Source of the DNA: Desulfobacter sp.
GTDB taxonomy: Bacteria; Desulfobacterota; Desulfobacteria; Desulfobacterales; Desulfobacteraceae
Direction: 5' to 3'
Length of the DNA: 64,000 nt
Assembly: GCA_036881925.1 (NCBI GenBank)
Contig: JBAJNJ010000004.1
Location: 216,100-280,099, forward strand
Below the pieces are notes generated by a model. That model searched no databases, was not told the DNA's origin, and was given only the letters and a program-made list of their open reading frames with translations. How positions within the stretch are numbered: the stretch's first letter is position 1; each line of letters starts with the position of its first letter. This document shows positions 63,180-64,000 of this stretch, one piece after another. Position numbers and translations under genes: made by a program.

Positions 63180-64000
63180 TCAGCCTCTTTTGGATTTCAA
63201 TCGGGTGAGTACGTGGCGGGCGCACCGCTGGGCAAATACATTCACGATGGTCCGTTTATAATGGGCGGACGCCCTGATATCGTCAATGGGCCGGGCCGCG
63301 TCCGCACAGCATTGGGCAATGTCGCCGAGCCTGCCAAGGGCCTGGTCAATGGTGCATCCCCTGACCAGGTCTTCGGCATCCCCCACCCTTACGGGTGTGG
63401 GCGCCACCCCGCCCAGGGCAATCCCTGCGCAGGCGATCTTCTGCCCTGTCTCATCAACAGCGGCCTGGAAGGCCACACCGGCAATGGAGATATCTACGGC
63501 CTTGCGGCGGCGCATTTTCATGTAACAGCCTGCAGAGTGTTCCGGCGGCAAAGGGATCTGTACCTGGGTGAGGATCCGGCCCCGGCCAAGGCAGGTCTCT
63601 CCCGGCCCTTTGAAAAACGATGTGGCCGGCAGAGTGGCCTCTCCGTCCGGCCCGGCCACGACAAACCGTGCATCCAGGGCCAGCAGGGGCGGCAATGCGT
63701 CGCCTGCCGGGGAGGCATTGCAGATGTTCCCGCCGATCGTCCCGGCATTCCGGATCTGCCATGACCCGATCAGACCCACGGCCTGGCAGAGGATATCGGC
63801 CCGTTCCCGGAGCAGGGGATGCTTGGCAAGTGTCTCGTGGGTGGCCATGGCCCCGATGCAAATCATCCCGTTTTCTTCCCGGACATCATCCAGGCCCTTA
63901 AGATTCTGGAGGCTGATGATGAGATCCGGGGCCAGGGTCTTTTTCTTCAGGCCCAGCACAAGATCGGTGCCGCCGGCAAGGAGTGTTGCCCCCTGCCCTG
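63180..64000 (-). CDS. FAD-binding medium subunit (CoxM/XdhB-like), 5' end beyond the window
   Basis: 'IRNAGTIGGNICNASPAGD' is present. Hand translation upstream of the listed GTG gives '...TLLAGGTDLVLGLKKK', which contains the conserved AGGTDL motif, so the gene continues past 64000. Confidence 0.85.
   Translation of the reverse strand, partial: GQGATLLAGGTDLVLGLKKKTLAPDLIISLQNLKGLDDVREENGMICIGAMATHETLAKHPLLRERADILCQAVGLIGSWQIRNAGTIGGNICNASPAGDALPPLLALDARFVVAGPDGEATLPATSFFKGPGETCLGRGRILTQVQIPLPPEHSAGCYMKMRRRKAVDISIAGVAFQAAVDETGQKIACAGIALGGVAPTPVRVGDAEDLVRGCTIDQALGRLGDIAQCCADAARPIDDIRASAHYKRTIVNVFAQRCARHVLTRLKSKRG

Noticed and set aside
1-64000. CRISPR arrays, rRNA genes, IS elements/transposases, prophage genes and toxin-antitoxin pairs.
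   Set aside because: No regularly spaced direct repeats, transposase/integrase/recombinase-like translations, rRNA-like segments or small adjacent TA-like ORF pairs were recognised anywhere in the window.

Overview
The window reads as a chromosomal segment of an anaerobic, Desulfobacterota-like bacterium. That assignment is inferred from gene content only: haem-type and other chemoreceptors, a hemerythrin, and many Fe-S and Moco enzymes. Coding density is about 90%, and sampled core lines are about 50-60% GC.

Layout:
- **1-24.6 kb:** mixed housekeeping and accessory genes. These include methyltransferases, ChaN, hemerythrin, FtsK, RNase J, a divergent EamA/MocR pair, proline dehydrogenase, a TetR-controlled Fe-S/SCP2 gene, a NeuC-like epimerase, an MCP, tandem malate-dehydrogenase paralogs, Nth, FkbM, GntR, DUF1847 and DUF554.
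- **24.6-39.7 kb:** a long co-directional minus-strand housekeeping block: purQ-purL-rseP-dxr-cdsA-uppS-frr-pyrH-tsf-rpsB-prmC-prfA-rpmE-rho-coaE. This part is ordinary.
- **39.8-47.6 kb:** ndk, larE, tRNA-Gln(CUG) followed by a roughly 1.4 kb low-GC islet carrying one orphan gene, an NCS2 purine permease, an HU/IHF-like protein, YheU, DUF3820 and an Lpd-like flavoprotein.
- **47.7-55.8 kb:** the most interesting locus. It is a KaiA-less kaiC-kaiB pair, translationally coupled to a large SBP-PAS-PAS-GAF histidine kinase and a REC-HK-REC hybrid kinase. A chemoreceptor whose periplasmic domain carries a CxxCH haem-c motif follows.
- **56.3-64 kb:** a PaaI thioesterase, a bis-MGD molybdoenzyme, an AraC/GlxA regulator and a CoxMSL-type (FAD / 2Fe-2S / Moco) xanthine-dehydrogenase-family enzyme that runs off the window end.

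No rRNA, CRISPR array, transposase or integrase was seen. All functional calls come from motif and family recognition by eye on the supplied translations, with no database search. Several start codons were re-picked from visible RBS context.
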